From assembly GCA_030390025.1 (NCBI GenBank), contig JASTWF010000334.1, positions 434,001 to 498,000 on the forward strand: DNA of 64,000 nt. The letters are read 5' to 3'. The position numbers and the translations under genes are program-made. This stretch comes from Squalus acanthias. Lineage: Eukaryota. Every line of letters starts with the position of its first letter. Position 1 is the first letter of the stretch. The notes under the pieces are model-generated. The model saw only the letters and a program-made list of their open reading frames with translations, was not told where the DNA came from and did not search any database. Below, piece by piece: positions 1 to 11,818 of this stretch.

Positions 1-650
1 CTGGCAGGCCTGCTAATGCACCAAACATTTCTATGTGCATGCCCATCATCCTTCTTCTGTAGGCCGCCCCATTGAAGTCCTCATCTGACTCCTCTGCAGC
101 AGGACTTGTGTGCAACCTCACCCTCCAGGAAGCTGGCGCCTGCACTACCCTTCCCTCCTGCCCTGGATGCAGGCCACTTATGCCCGGTGACTCACCATGT
201 GCAGATCCTGCCTCTATATTACCCTCTAAAGTACGCGCAATGCCTGTTTCTGAGCGGTGCCTGCGAGTGTCAGATCGAGTGACAGTGTCTCTTCTTCTCC
301 ATCACTCTCCTCCTCTTTCTCTTCCTGCACAGACTGGGCTGGTTGGAGTTCTTGGGTATATGAAAGGCACAAGGGTAGGGTTGTGGTGAGTGGACGGGGG
401 GAAAGCAAGATGTCCATGCTTACTACATCAGCTTGTAAGTGAGAAGTGATTGTGGGATGAGGGGAAGGTGGGATGTGAGAAGGAGGATTAGGTATGAGCA
501 TAGCGTCATCATCAATGGTTTTAGCCTCGCTGATCACCACAGCCTCAGTGACGGCCCCTCCAATGATGTCTAGCACTGTCTCCTCCAGCTGGGTCAGGAT
601 ATGCAGCCGTGCCTGTCCCACGCCTGTTAGCTGCTGCTGGCATCAGTGAA
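1..650 (-). pseudogene. Degraded Harbinger Myb/SANT-like partner gene fragment (internal exons)
   Basis: Minus-strand QQLTGVGQARLHILTQLEETVLDIIG.. followed by an acidic EEKEEESDGEEE segment parallels exons 2-3 of the Harbinger Myb gene at 26627-28701. Confidence 0.45.
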
Positions 651-1014
651 GGAAAATCCATTTTAAACATCCCTGACAACAAGAAGAACTTTATACAAAA
701 GAGAACTTTTAATGATGGCTATACCACTTTAAAATGCAAGTTGAGAACAAAGAATATGGAGGAACATTTTTAACAGACATTACTCAGACAAAAAAAAGCA
801 GTTGTAGCCAAGGACAAATCCGGGGTTGCTATGGATCCAGTGGAACCAACCAGCACTGTCTTAAGATAAGACCCTCATTAAACTGCAACAAGTGACACGC
901 ATGATGAAGTGTCCCCACTAACCTTTGAACCAACCATGAACAACAAGGGGCAAAACCATGCTTGAATGAGCCAATCATTGAAGTTTACATGTGAACGCTA
1001 CAAGAAGAATGTTT

Positions 1015-1367
1015 TACATAGGATTACATAGGATATACGGCACAGAAACAGGCCATTTGGCCCAACCAGTCTATGCCGGCGTTTATGCTCCACTCGAGCC
1101 TCCTCCTGTCTTTCCTCATCTAAATCTATCAGCATAATCCTCTATTCCGTTCTCCCTCATATGCTTATCTAGCCTCCCCTTAAATGCATCTATACTATTT
1201 GCATCAACTACTCCCGGTGGTAGCGAGTTCCACATTTTCCTCTGGGTAAAGAAGTTTCTTCTGAATTCCCTATTTGATTTCTTGGTGACTATCTTATATT
1301 TATGGCCTCGAGTTATGTTCTTTACCACAAGTGGAAAAACTCTGTATCTACTCTATCAAAACCTTCT
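1015..1367 (-). mobile_element. CR1-type LINE, 3' fragment
   Basis: ORF 1116-1328 RGHKYK..FRRNFFTQR..WNSLP..VDANSIDAFKGRLDKHM is the CR1 ORF2 C-terminus; short-repeat tail near 1015-1035. Confidence 0.85.
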
Positions 1368-1396
1368 GAGCACAAAAAAATATAAGAACTAAGACA

Positions 1397-2405
1397 AGAG
1401 CTAGCCGCACCTCTAGCCAAGCTGTTCCAGTACAGCTACAACACTGCCATCTATCTGACAATGTGGAAGACTGCCCAGGTATGTCCTGTCCACAAAAAGC
1501 AGGACAAATCCAACCCGGCCAATTCCCGCCCCATCAGTCTGCTCTCAATCATCAGCAAAGTGATGGAAGGTGTCATCGACAGTGCTATCAAGCGGCACTT
1601 ACTCACCAATAACCTGCTCACTGATGCCCAGTTTGGGTTCTGCCAGAACCACTCAGCTCCAAACCTCATTACAGCCTTAGTCCAAACATGGACAAAGGAG
1701 CTGAATTCCAGAGGTGAGGTGAGAGTGACTGCCCTTGACATCAAGGCAGCATTTGACCGAGTGTCGCATCAAGGAGCCTGAGTAAAACTGAAGTCAACGG
1801 GAATCAGGGGGAAAACTCTTCACTGGCTGGAGTCATACCTAGCACAAAGGAAGATGGTTGTGGTGATTGAAGGTCAATCATCACAGCCCCAGGACATCGC
1901 TGCAGGAGTTCCTCAGGGCAGTGTCCTAGGCCCAACCATCTTCAGCTGCTTCATCAATAACCTTCCCTCCAACATAAGGTCAGAAGTGGGGATGCTTGCT
2001 GATGACTGCACAGTGTTCAGCGCCATTCACAACTACTCAGATAATGAAGCAGTCCATGCCCGCATGCAACAAGGCACAAGTAAGGAGTGTGATGGAATAC
2101 TCTCCACTTGCATGGATGAGTGCAGCTGCAACAACACTCAAGAAGCTCGACACCATCCAGGACAAAGCAGCCCATCTGATTGGCACCCCATCCACCACCT
2201 TAAACATTCAATCCCTCCACCACTGGCGTACCGTGGCTGCAGTGTATCATCTACAAGATGCACTGCAGCAACTCGCCAAGGCTTCTTCGGCAGCACCTCC
2301 CAAACCCGCGACCTCTTCCACCTAGAAGGACAAGGGCAGCAGGTGCATGGGAACACCACCACCTCCAAGTTCCCCTCCAAGTCACACACCATCCTGACTT
2401 AGAAG
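1397..2405 (+). mobile_element. LINE family B (CR1/L2-group) RT fragment, internally deleted
   Basis: RPISLLSIISKVME, QFGF, ALDIKAAFD, GVPQGSVLGP, ADD motifs; closely similar to the copy at 54961-57974. Confidence 0.85.
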
Positions 2406-2773
2406 TGTACCGCCCCGATCTCCTGCGCACGCAGATCTTGACGTCAGTCGAGCGTGCAACACCCTTGTGGCGACCCTGACCGGATGTTGAGTGGCGCCCC
2501 CCTCCTTTCCGCCTGGCGCAAGCAACAACAGGTAGACTGGAACATTTCCCAGTTGGTGTGGGGCTGGGGTGGGCGCTATTTAAAGGCGGCCTCTTCCTGG
2601 CTTTTTCTGTGGTAGACATTTTTGCACCACTCATTCTGACAGAGAGAGAGATTCTGAGGGAGAGGAGAGACTTCTGCATAGAGTCAACGCTGTGTGAAGT
2701 AGTTTTGGCTACTGAGCATCACTTTGCAGGTACTTTTGGATTTTGGCCTTCATTACTTTGATTCCCAAGAGAC

Positions 2774-3934
2774 TTGGGGGCTGCACTGATTCAGGGCGTC
2801 GTCCTGCGCCTGCAGATTTGGATGCAACATAGACGCAGAGAGAGAGTGGCAATCATGGCCAGACGGAGGAGGGCCAACAGACCTCTGTACAGGAGACCTT
2901 ACCCTCCCAGGGTCTTTCGCCAACAATTCTCCTACATTAATTTGTCTGAGGAGCAGTGTTTGCGCAGGCTGCGCTTCAGCAAGGAGGTAGTCACTGAGCT
3001 CTGCCACCTGCTGCAGCCAGATCTGCAGCCTCTACTGAGGACCAGGACGTCTCTGTGGGTGGCAGTGAAGGTCACAGTGGCTCTGAACTTTTATGCCACC
3101 AGCTCCTTTCAAGCAGCTACTGGGGACATCGCCAATATCTCCCAGTTCGCGGTCCATTGCTGCATCCGTCAGGTCACAAATGCCCTCTATAAAAGGAGAC
3201 GACAGTACATCTCTTTCCCGATGACCAGGGCCAAACAGCATGAACGCGCATTTGGGCTTTGCGAGGATAGCGGGCTTCCCCATGGTGCAGGGCGCCATTG
3301 ACTGCACGCATGTGGCATTGCGTGCACCGCATGAGAATGCAGAGGATTTCCGCAACCGCAAGGGGTTCCACTCCTTAAACGTTCAGTTGGTCTGTGACCA
3401 CAGACAGCTGATACTCGCTGTCAATGCCCGCTATCCTGGCAGCAGCCACGATGCATTCATCCTGTGCCAGACTACTGTGCCAGAACTTTTCCAGGCATCG
3501 CATCAGCCAAGTGGTTGGCTCCTCGGGGACAAGGATTATCCACTGTGCACCTGGCTGATGACACCACTCCGTAACCCCAACACCCCTGCTGAGCTGCGGT
3601 GCAACGAGAGCCATCTCACCACCAGGAACATCGTTGTGCAGACGATCGGTGTGCTGAAGCAACGGTTCCGCTGTCTGGACCACTCAGGAGGAGCCCTGCA
3701 GTTCTCGCCTGAGCGAGTCTCCTTCTTCATAGTTGTGTGCTGAATGCTTCATAACCTGGCAATCCTCAGGACCCAGCCAATGCCACCAGGCCTTGGAGCA
3801 CCACTGTGGAGGAGGAGGAGGAAGAGGAGGAGGAAGAGGAGGATGATCATCAGCAGCACCAAGGCGGGAGGGAGGCCCACAATGTTGAAACTGCAAGGGC
3901 CATCTGTCAACGGCTGATAGCAAGCCGCTTCTAG
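2774..3934 (+). pseudogene. Harbinger (HARBI1-like) DDE transposase, disrupted
   Basis: GAIDCTHV, RNRKGFHSLNVQLVCD, PGSSHDAFI, LLGDKDYP, IGVLKQRFRCLD, C*MLHNLAI, acidic tract, ..QRLIASRF* (TAG 3932-3934). Frameshift ~3245, stop 3741-3743, frameshift ~3808. Confidence 0.9.
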
Positions 3935-3962
3935 GCCGCTTCTGAGGAAATGGCTTCTGGCA

Positions 3963-5673
3963 TGTAGAATTCGCAATATATCACGATTTTATAAATAAGG
4001 AGAAAACACATAGTTTCGTTCAAACAGCTTTTATTTCAGCAGAATGCTGTCAGGTTTTCAAAGTGGACACAAGCAGCTTGTAAAATGGCCGCCACGCCTC
4101 GTGGCAGAACATTCTAGACTTTTCGACAGGCAGACAAGATGGCGTTCCAATAAACATTTGTGCAAGATCGATCAAGACTCAGCACATTTAAGATAATACA
4201 CGAGACATCATGGGTTTGCAGTATACACATAAATACTGAAATCGGTCTCCCAGGTGCGAATAAGGGCTATTGTACCAAGTAATCAAGAACCCATCCAAAG
4301 ACATTAATATGCAAAATCCCAACGACTCTACGATGAGAGAGCCGTTAGCGGGTAGTTACAGAAAACATGTGGAAGCCCCAAAACCCCTCCAGGGAGAACA
4401 CCGACCGATTAAACAATGGGAAAAGTATTAACAGGTACTCAGACAATTACGAGTATCCCCGAAACCCATTAAAACGGAGATCACCCTATACAAGAAATTT
4501 GAGCGCCAAACCCTAACAAAAGACAAGACATTAAGGTTGGGCGGGAAAAGGAAGATTTTGCACTATAACTGCAAGCTCCAACCGTCCATCTTTCTCTTAT
4601 CCTCTTATTCGGTTGACTCTTATCCTCGTGGCTGCTCCTGTTGCTCTTATCCTTTCGACTCCTTGCCGCCTGCCTCGTGTCTCTGCCTCTTGCAGCTTTT
4701 AAAGACTGTTGAACTTTACGATCCGCTCGGATCTACCTCGTGGCGTGCCGCGAAGATCTGTGTGGAACTGGGCTCTGAAGCCTTGAAGCGGGCGCACCAT
4801 CCCGAGAAGTCGGTAAACGGTGTTGGAACCGAAGGCCCGAGATGAGATGAGATGAGATGAGATGAGATGAGAAGAGAAGAACACCATACGTATTGCCACG
4901 GTCAGTAAGCTCCGACCGCGCCTGTAGGTCAAATAGACACTTTCCTTGCCAGGAAGACTTCTTCGAGTTTTACAGAACTGCCAGGAAGACTATTCTTCGA
5001 ATTCTATCGCATCAGTGCGAGGGCACAGGAAGACTCTTTTTTGAGCAGTGTCGGAACTCCGAGGACAACACAGATCTTCATGACAGCAGACGGTCCAGCC
5101 TGCTAGCCGGAGCAGAAACGAGTAAACAAGTGGGGTACAGAGACCTCTGATCGACACGTGGGTGCTGCGGTGAAAAACATCCGATCAGAGTTTTCGGAAT
5201 TCTCCGAGTTATCACGAGTGGTGAGCATGAGTCTCGATCCTACAAATCTAGCTTAGGGCAGATATTGATAGGGGAGGGTTTAAGTTTTAAGGATAATTGT
5301 AATGTGTGCCCCCATTTACGATGTGTCGTTCGTTCCTCGTTTCCCTGAAATTAGTTACATAACTGCGTGTAAGATTGTACTGTCATTAATCTGTGCTTAT
5401 GACATGTATTTCGTAATCTTAAATAATATGCAATAAAGATTTTCCATTTCGTACCATTCAACCGGGTCTACCTGAGTTTTACCTCCATTACTGCTCTCGC
5501 ATCTAAGTCCAGTGTCAGAACTGTAAGGGCGAGTGGGTCGAACCACTCACAGGTGTCTAGTGCTCCCAGACTAGCTGGAGACCAGAACAGGCGACAAGGC
5601 CTAACCTCGCACTAGCATCCAGGCTGCACAGAGCCACACGAATCTCACAGGTTCAGAGAGAAAAACCCTTACA
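3963..5673 (+). repeat. Outer provirus 5' LTR (1711 bp)
   Basis: TGTAGAATT...CCCTTACA; near-identical to 24638-26348; TATAA 4564-4568, (GAGAT)n 4839-4872, AATAAA 5432-5437. Confidence 0.97.
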
Positions 5674-5677
5674 GAAA

Positions 5678-7482
5678 ATGGCGACCGCGGCAGGACACTG
5701 GCAGCGAGAGGGTAGTGTGTTGGACTTTGGTGTGAATGTACGAAATGTCATGCAGGAAAAGATAGCAGATTATGTGTTCGGAAAGGTAAATTTAACTAAG
5801 AAATGGATAAGTGACCTGTTAGCGGATAAGAGTCCACTAGAGGCAGCCGAGAGGTGGACAGATAGTAAGGAACATAAAAAGACAGTCGAGAAAGCGGTCT
5901 GGTTAATGTGTTATAAAAGACAAATCCAGATTTCAAACCAGGTCATTACAGCGCAAACAGCTCGGATCAGGCATTTAGAGGAGGAAATGGACGAGAAGGT
6001 CTCTGGAGGGGAGTTGCTCATTAGGAATTTAAGCGCGTTGCACCGAGAACGCCAGGAAATCACCAGTCACCATAAAGCAAAAATAGATTACCTCGAGTGC
6101 CAGGTCACTGAGGCAAAGTTAAGTGAGGGCAGACTAAAGGAACGATGTGCCCGCCAAGCTGCCCAAATAAAAGCCCAGGAAGAGAGCTTAACGGGAGTTA
6201 GGGCGGCATATAAGATGGCTCTTGAGGATAAGTTTCAGGGGGCCGATCATAGCGTCTGCCAAAAGGAGATAGAACACCTTAAAAGGGCCGTGAACAAAGC
6301 GCACGGCATGGTGTGCCTTATCAGTCCATCAGCACACCAGCCACTAGTAGATGAGGAGTTTCAGAAATTCCCACCCAATAAAGCAAAGGAAGTATTAGCC
6401 ACTACGCCCTCCGCGCCACCCAGCTATTCGGAAACCTGGGTAAGGGAGGAAGTAGTAGAAGAAACGAAAGAGCCCACTGAGGGAGAAGTGGAAAAGGGAC
6501 CGTTGTGTTCGGTTACGGGTATCAAAAGGGGCCCAAACGGGAACGGTGGGGAACAAGGGGATCTCCTCAACCAGCTTGTGTTGCCTCACAGCTCACACCA
6601 GCTGAGGGTTATGATAAGTCACGTACGGAAGCTGACCGAATCAGACGACTCTTCCGTACATTTCAGGGAAGTTGAGCAACCGCAGCCATTAACGGCTGCG
6701 ACGATGGGGAAACAGCAAAGATGCTGTTATTTTCATTAGGTAGTTCGATCCTTCAGTGTCTCTCGGACGAGAGCAAGAGAGGAACCAAAAAATATGAGGC
6801 ACTAAAAAATGAGGTCCTAGAAGTATTGGGGACGGACGATGAAGGTCCGTTTGTTAGAGTGGGACAGACAGTGCAGATGGAGGGAGAACCCCCGAAGGTT
6901 TTCGCCGACAGGCTGTGGCCAGTATATCAGCGCAGCTGTCCAGGTGTGCCAGAGCGCGACGATGTGGAAGGCGTCGGTTTAGCTCATTGGCTCAGGTGTA
7001 TAGTAGCCAACAGTTTGCCAGCCGTCAGAGAGCAGGCAAAAGCGTGGTTTGATCCCACTGACCCCAACATTACGGAGGAGTCGGTCTTAAATCGACTCAC
7101 GGTAGGATACCGTAATATCAGGGGTATGGGAACACGTCCCCTTAAGGGAAAGGTACATGAGGTACGACCCGCAGCCCCGGCTCAAAAGGAGTGGCATCAG
7201 GAGGGTAACCGCGCCCCGCAGGCAAGTAATGCTTGTTACGGGTGTGGGAGGACAGGGCACTGGCGCAAGAACTGCAGGAACCCTTGGAAGGATTCCAGGG
7301 ATAAAAATCCCGCAGCCCGAGCCCAGATGCCTGTCTCTGTTAGGGAAGCTAGTGCACCCACCCCTCCCGACGACCTCGAAACAGTGTTGGGAGCCATGCG
7401 CAACTTCATGAGTGCGCATGGAAAAGTGGCGGTTGCTACCGGCCCCGCAGGTGCCACAGGCCCGTCTAACAATACCCAATGA
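5678..7482 (+). pseudogene. gag: gag of outer provirus (1-bp deletion frameshift ~6680)
   Basis: ORFs 5678-6739 and 6721-7482 join into the equivalent of the intact inner Gag (GAGCAACCG vs GAGCAAGCCG); coiled-coil, PSAPPSY, QMEGEPPKVFADRL, zinc knuckle CYGCGRTGHWRKNC. Confidence 0.93.
5679..5696 (+). promoter_or_regulatory. Primer binding site, complementary to the 3' end of tRNA-Arg(TCG)
   Basis: TGGCGACCGCGGCAGGAC is the reverse complement of GTCCTGCCGCGGTCG-CCA, the vertebrate tRNA-Arg(TCG) 3' end (recalled, not searched); starts 5 nt after the LTR. Confidence 0.85.
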
Positions 7483-10400
7483 CTAGAGCCCGCGCAGTCC
7501 GTCTACCTGTGTCCGCTCAGCTATGATGCGTGGAAGCGACCCTTGGTGGAAATGGAGGTAGAGAAACAGAAGGGTAGTTATTTGTTGGACACGGGAGCTT
7601 CTTGCACCGTGATTCATACAGATAGCCCTTTTGACTCACCGCTATCTACCAAGGTCCCATTCACATTAGCGGGGTTCACGGGAAAAGAACAGGCTGGCGC
7701 GTTCTCCCTTCCGCTATCCATTCGTTTGGGAGCACTCCACATCAAGTGGAAGTGCATACTGATGGAATGGCAGGAGGGGGGTGGGAGAGGTATCCTCGGG
7801 TCCGATCTCCTATCAGGACACGGGATCCTCGTGGACCTCAGGAATTACTGTCTCTGGGGGGCTAAGAGTGAAGAAGGCGAGGTAGTGGTAATTCCGGGGG
7901 AGGAAGAAACAGGGGTCCTGTGTACCATGCAGCCATCCGGAGGGTACGACCTCGGGCTTATGGTCGCAGATGTCCCAACGGACATGCAAACGTACGTGTC
8001 AGATAATATGCACGCGTTTGCAACCCACAAGCACGATTGTGGGAGGGTTACCGGGTTTGAGGTCAGCGTAGATGGGGACCCCATGACCCGGCCCCAAAAG
8101 CAGTATAACTTCCCCAAAGAAGCAGAACCCGATATGGAGACAGCAATGTCCTCCTTGGTGCAGCAGGGCGTGTTGAGGCCGATAGCCACACACGTGAACT
8201 CCCCATTATGGCCAGTTAGGAAGCCGGATAATTCGTGGAGGGCCACGGTGGACTACAGAGTCCTTAACAGTAACATTCCCGCCTGCGCGCCCACGGTAGC
8301 AGCAGTTGCTGACCTAATAGGGAGTATCCCAGCGTCCGCGACCACGTTCACGGTGCTGGATATCTCGAACGGTTTTTGGTCCATCCCGCTGCGGCGAGAG
8401 GACCAGTACAAGTTTGCCTTTACTTTCAAAGGACAACAGTACACATGGAACTGTCTGCCACAGGGTTTCCACAATAGCCCCAGTATTTTCCATCAGTGTA
8501 TGGCAGGAAGTTTAAAGGAGTTTAGTCAGCCCAATCAGATAGTGCAGTACGTGGATGATTTGCTCCTATTTACGGATTCAAAGGAGGAGCATGGACTACT
8601 ACTGGCCGAGTTATTGGAGCTGCTAGCGAGAAAGGGTTTCAAAGTAAATCCTAAGAAAGCACGTATCGGTCAGCAGGAAGTAAAATTCCTGGGGCTGACC
8701 ATTCGCGCTGGGGAAAGAGCCATAGATAAAGCTAGGAGGGAGTCGGTGCAAGAGTTACCGATTCCCAACACCATAAGGGGTGTGAGGTCCTTCTTGGGAC
8801 TGACCGGTTACTGCAGGGATTTTATCGAAGACTATGCGGCCACAGCGGCGCCGCTCCTCCGACTCCTCCATAACGGAGTGGAGTGGTCTTGGGACGAGGG
8901 CTGCCAAGCAGCTTTCGAGAAGTTAAAAAGGGATCTGCAGACCGCGCCAGCCTTAGGGGCCATAGATGGGGGGAAGTAGTTTTTCCTGGAGGTAGCTGCC
9001 AGCGGGGACAGCTTGAGCACTGTGCTGCTCCAAGAGCGTTACGGCAAGCTGAGGCCGGTTGTCTATTCGTCCAGGGTGTTAACGGATGTGGAGAGCAGTT
9101 TCTCCAATTGCGAAAGGCACCTTTTAGCCACGCATTGGGCTGTGAAAAGATCAGCGATCTTCACAGGGCTCTCTCCCATCACTCTCCTCACCCATCATAC
9201 ACCAACTAAGATGCTTCTAGACGGGAGAATTAAAGATGGGACCGTAAGCAGCGTGCGCATTGCGCGCTGGACCCTTCTTCTTTCCCAGATGGATCTTAGA
9301 GTAAAAGGTCTTTGCGAGCCCAGGCTTGCGGCCAATTTGGTATACCCCGGTACAGCCCACCGGTGTTCGGTGGAAGGGGTGTGGGACGTCAACATAGGTT
9401 TGCGGGCCGGGATACATCCCACTGGGCGCGAGATTTATGTTGATGGTTCCAGCACAGTATCTGCTGGCGAACGACTCACAGGGTGTGGAGTTTATGACCC
9501 TGCGGCAAACCTTGCCCTGGCGATCAAGCTCCCTAGCACCATGAGCGCGCAGCAGGCTGAGCTGTCTGCAGTGGTGTACGTCGTTACCCACCCAGACATT
9601 TTCCCAACCCCATACACGATTTGCTCGGACAGTATGTTCACATGTAATTCGTGTACGGAATACCTGGCCATTTGGTCCCGCCGTGGATACACCTCCGCGG
9701 ACGGGCGACCTTTAACGGTGAAGCCCTTGCTGGAAAAGATCCTAGCAGCAGTAGGGGAGGAAGGGGAGATTTTCATCCATAAGGTGAAGGCTCACTCCTC
9801 CACAGAGCCCCGTGGGGAGGGCAACCAGCAGGTGGATGCGCTAGCCAGGGAAGGTGCCCACAACGGCATTTTCTGGGACCCCTATGGGACCAGACCCATG
9901 GCAGCGATCCAAGGCAGGGACGGGAATCCCGGGAACACCAGGGTAGCATTGCCCCTAGACCTTAAGACCGTCCAGAACCAGGATCCCACCCTAAAAGCAG
10001 TCCTCAAAACCATTGCTGAGGGGAAGCAGGTAGAGGGTCCGTACAGTACGGCAACCCTCTCAGTTAAGGAAGGCATGCTGTTCCGCGAGGAGCAGTGGGT
10101 TGTGCCGCAGCAGCACAGGAGGGAATTCCTCCAGTTGGCTCACGAGGGACCAGGGGCAGGGCACCCCAGGCCCGAGGTTACCTGGCAACGGGTAGAGCAA
10201 GCGGGATGGTGGCCAGGGCTCAGGGAACAGGTCCGCGAGTTCTGTGCAAGCTGTCTCGTGTGCGCTGCAAACAACCCAGACCCCCAGAAAAGGAAAGTGC
10301 CCATGGGGCATGTAAGAAGGGTAGAGGGACCATGGCAGTCGATACAGATCGACTATATAGGGCCCCTGCCCACCACCCAGGGAGGCTATAAATACTGCCT

Positions 10401-11818
10401 CGTCTTGGTGGATGTGTTTTCCAAATGGGTGGAAGCCTTCCCCTGTCGAACAGCTACGGCACTGGGTACTGCAAAAATCTTGGTCCGGGAAGTATTCTCG
10501 CGGTGGGGACTCCCCCGTTTTGTGGAGTCAGACCAAGGGAGTCATTTCACCGGCCAGGTGATGCAGAACACCCTCATGCTTTTGGGCATTGAAGGGAAAT
10601 GGCACGTAGCGCACAATCCCCAGTCATCCGGGATTGTTGAACGCATCAACCGGACCCTGAAGGAGAAATTGAGGAAAGAGACTAGGAACTCGCCCCAAAA
10701 ATGGGCGGAGGTTCTGCCTTTAGTCCTCATGGGGGTCCGGGCCAGTCAGTCAAAAAGTACGGGGTATTCGCCGCACGAAGTGATGACTGGGAGGATCATG
10801 CGAACCCCCACCCATGTGCTAGCGCCGGTGCTCACTGAGGGTCAGCTCCAAGAGATAAGCAGGGACAAGTTCGCCCAGACCCTCTTGGAGCGCCTGAAGC
10901 AGGTTTATGAGCAGGCGGCTGGGAACATGGGAAGGCAGCATCAGGGCAATCGCCTGTTGCTGGAACCCCGCAAAACGCGGGAGTGGGAAGTAGGAGACCA
11001 GGTTATGGTCAGAAACTACGCCAGAGTAGGGAGTCTGGAACCACTGTATATGGGACCCTACAACATTGTCGATAAGGCGAGTCCCATGGTTTACGCCGTA
11101 AAGGTACCTCGGCGCACTAAGTGGTTCCACGTAAACCAGTGCAAACTGTACAAGCCAGGTGCACAAGGGAAAACCACAGGGGCAAAACCTGCGAGTGGGG
11201 ACTCGCAGCCCCAGGTAGGACCACAAGGCACACAAGCAGGCAAAGCAGCTTGCATCAGGGAAGGAGACATCCTGGAAAATTGTGAAACATTTTTGTGGGG
11301 TTGGGAGTCAGATGAGGGAGAGTTCCAGGAACTCGAGTCAGATGAGGATAGTGATGAGGACGAGTGGGAATCGGGGAACGCAAGGGTCGCCCCCAATTCA
11401 GGTATAGGGAGGACTGGGGCTGCAGATAGAGATCCACACAGGGTGGACACCGAGGCTGCAGGTCCCGCACACAGGAGGGAGGAGCTAGGGGAGGCGGAGC
11501 CAGCCACTGTGGGACCACAGGGCGTGACGGCGGAAACCTCAGAGCCCGAGCCGCCCGCCTTGAACGTCCTGCCCTCGAGGGAGGTAGGGACTGCGAGTGG
11601 AGGTTCGCCTGCTGGGCCGAGCAGGGCGGTGCCACAAGCTGCAGGTCCCGAGGTCAGGGAGGCGGAGTCAGGGGAGACGGAGCCAGCGACTGTGGTGGGA
11701 CCACAGGTCGTCCCGGTGGAAGTCCCGGAACCCGGTCCGTCAGTCCTGGGTTTCCTGCCCCCGACAACTCCTCGTAGGTCAAGTCGGGCACCCCAGCCCA
11801 GGAAGATGTGGTCATGTC
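7483..11818 (+). pseudogene. pol: pol of outer provirus: PR-RT-tether-RNase H-IN plus acidic/Pro-rich tail; in-frame TAG 8977-8979; tail cut by the inner element (resumes 21344 to ~21495)
   Basis: LLDTGAS, LPQGFHNSP, YVDD; degenerate first RH (LEVAAS..RPVVYSSR..RIARW); second RH (YVDGS, SAQQAEL, SDS, KVKAH, GNQQVDALA); IN H..H..CxxC, IDYIG, SDQGSHF, GIVERINRTLK, GPY. Confidence 0.95.

Noticed and set aside
4537..5150. Accessory ORFs in the LTR (also 12424-12946)
   Set aside because: Non-ATG starts, low complexity and not conserved between the two LTR types.
7483..11130. Ordinary Ty3/gypsy retrotransposon
   Set aside because: A second complete RNase H after a degenerate one, late domains and env argue for a retrovirus-type element, pending phylogeny.
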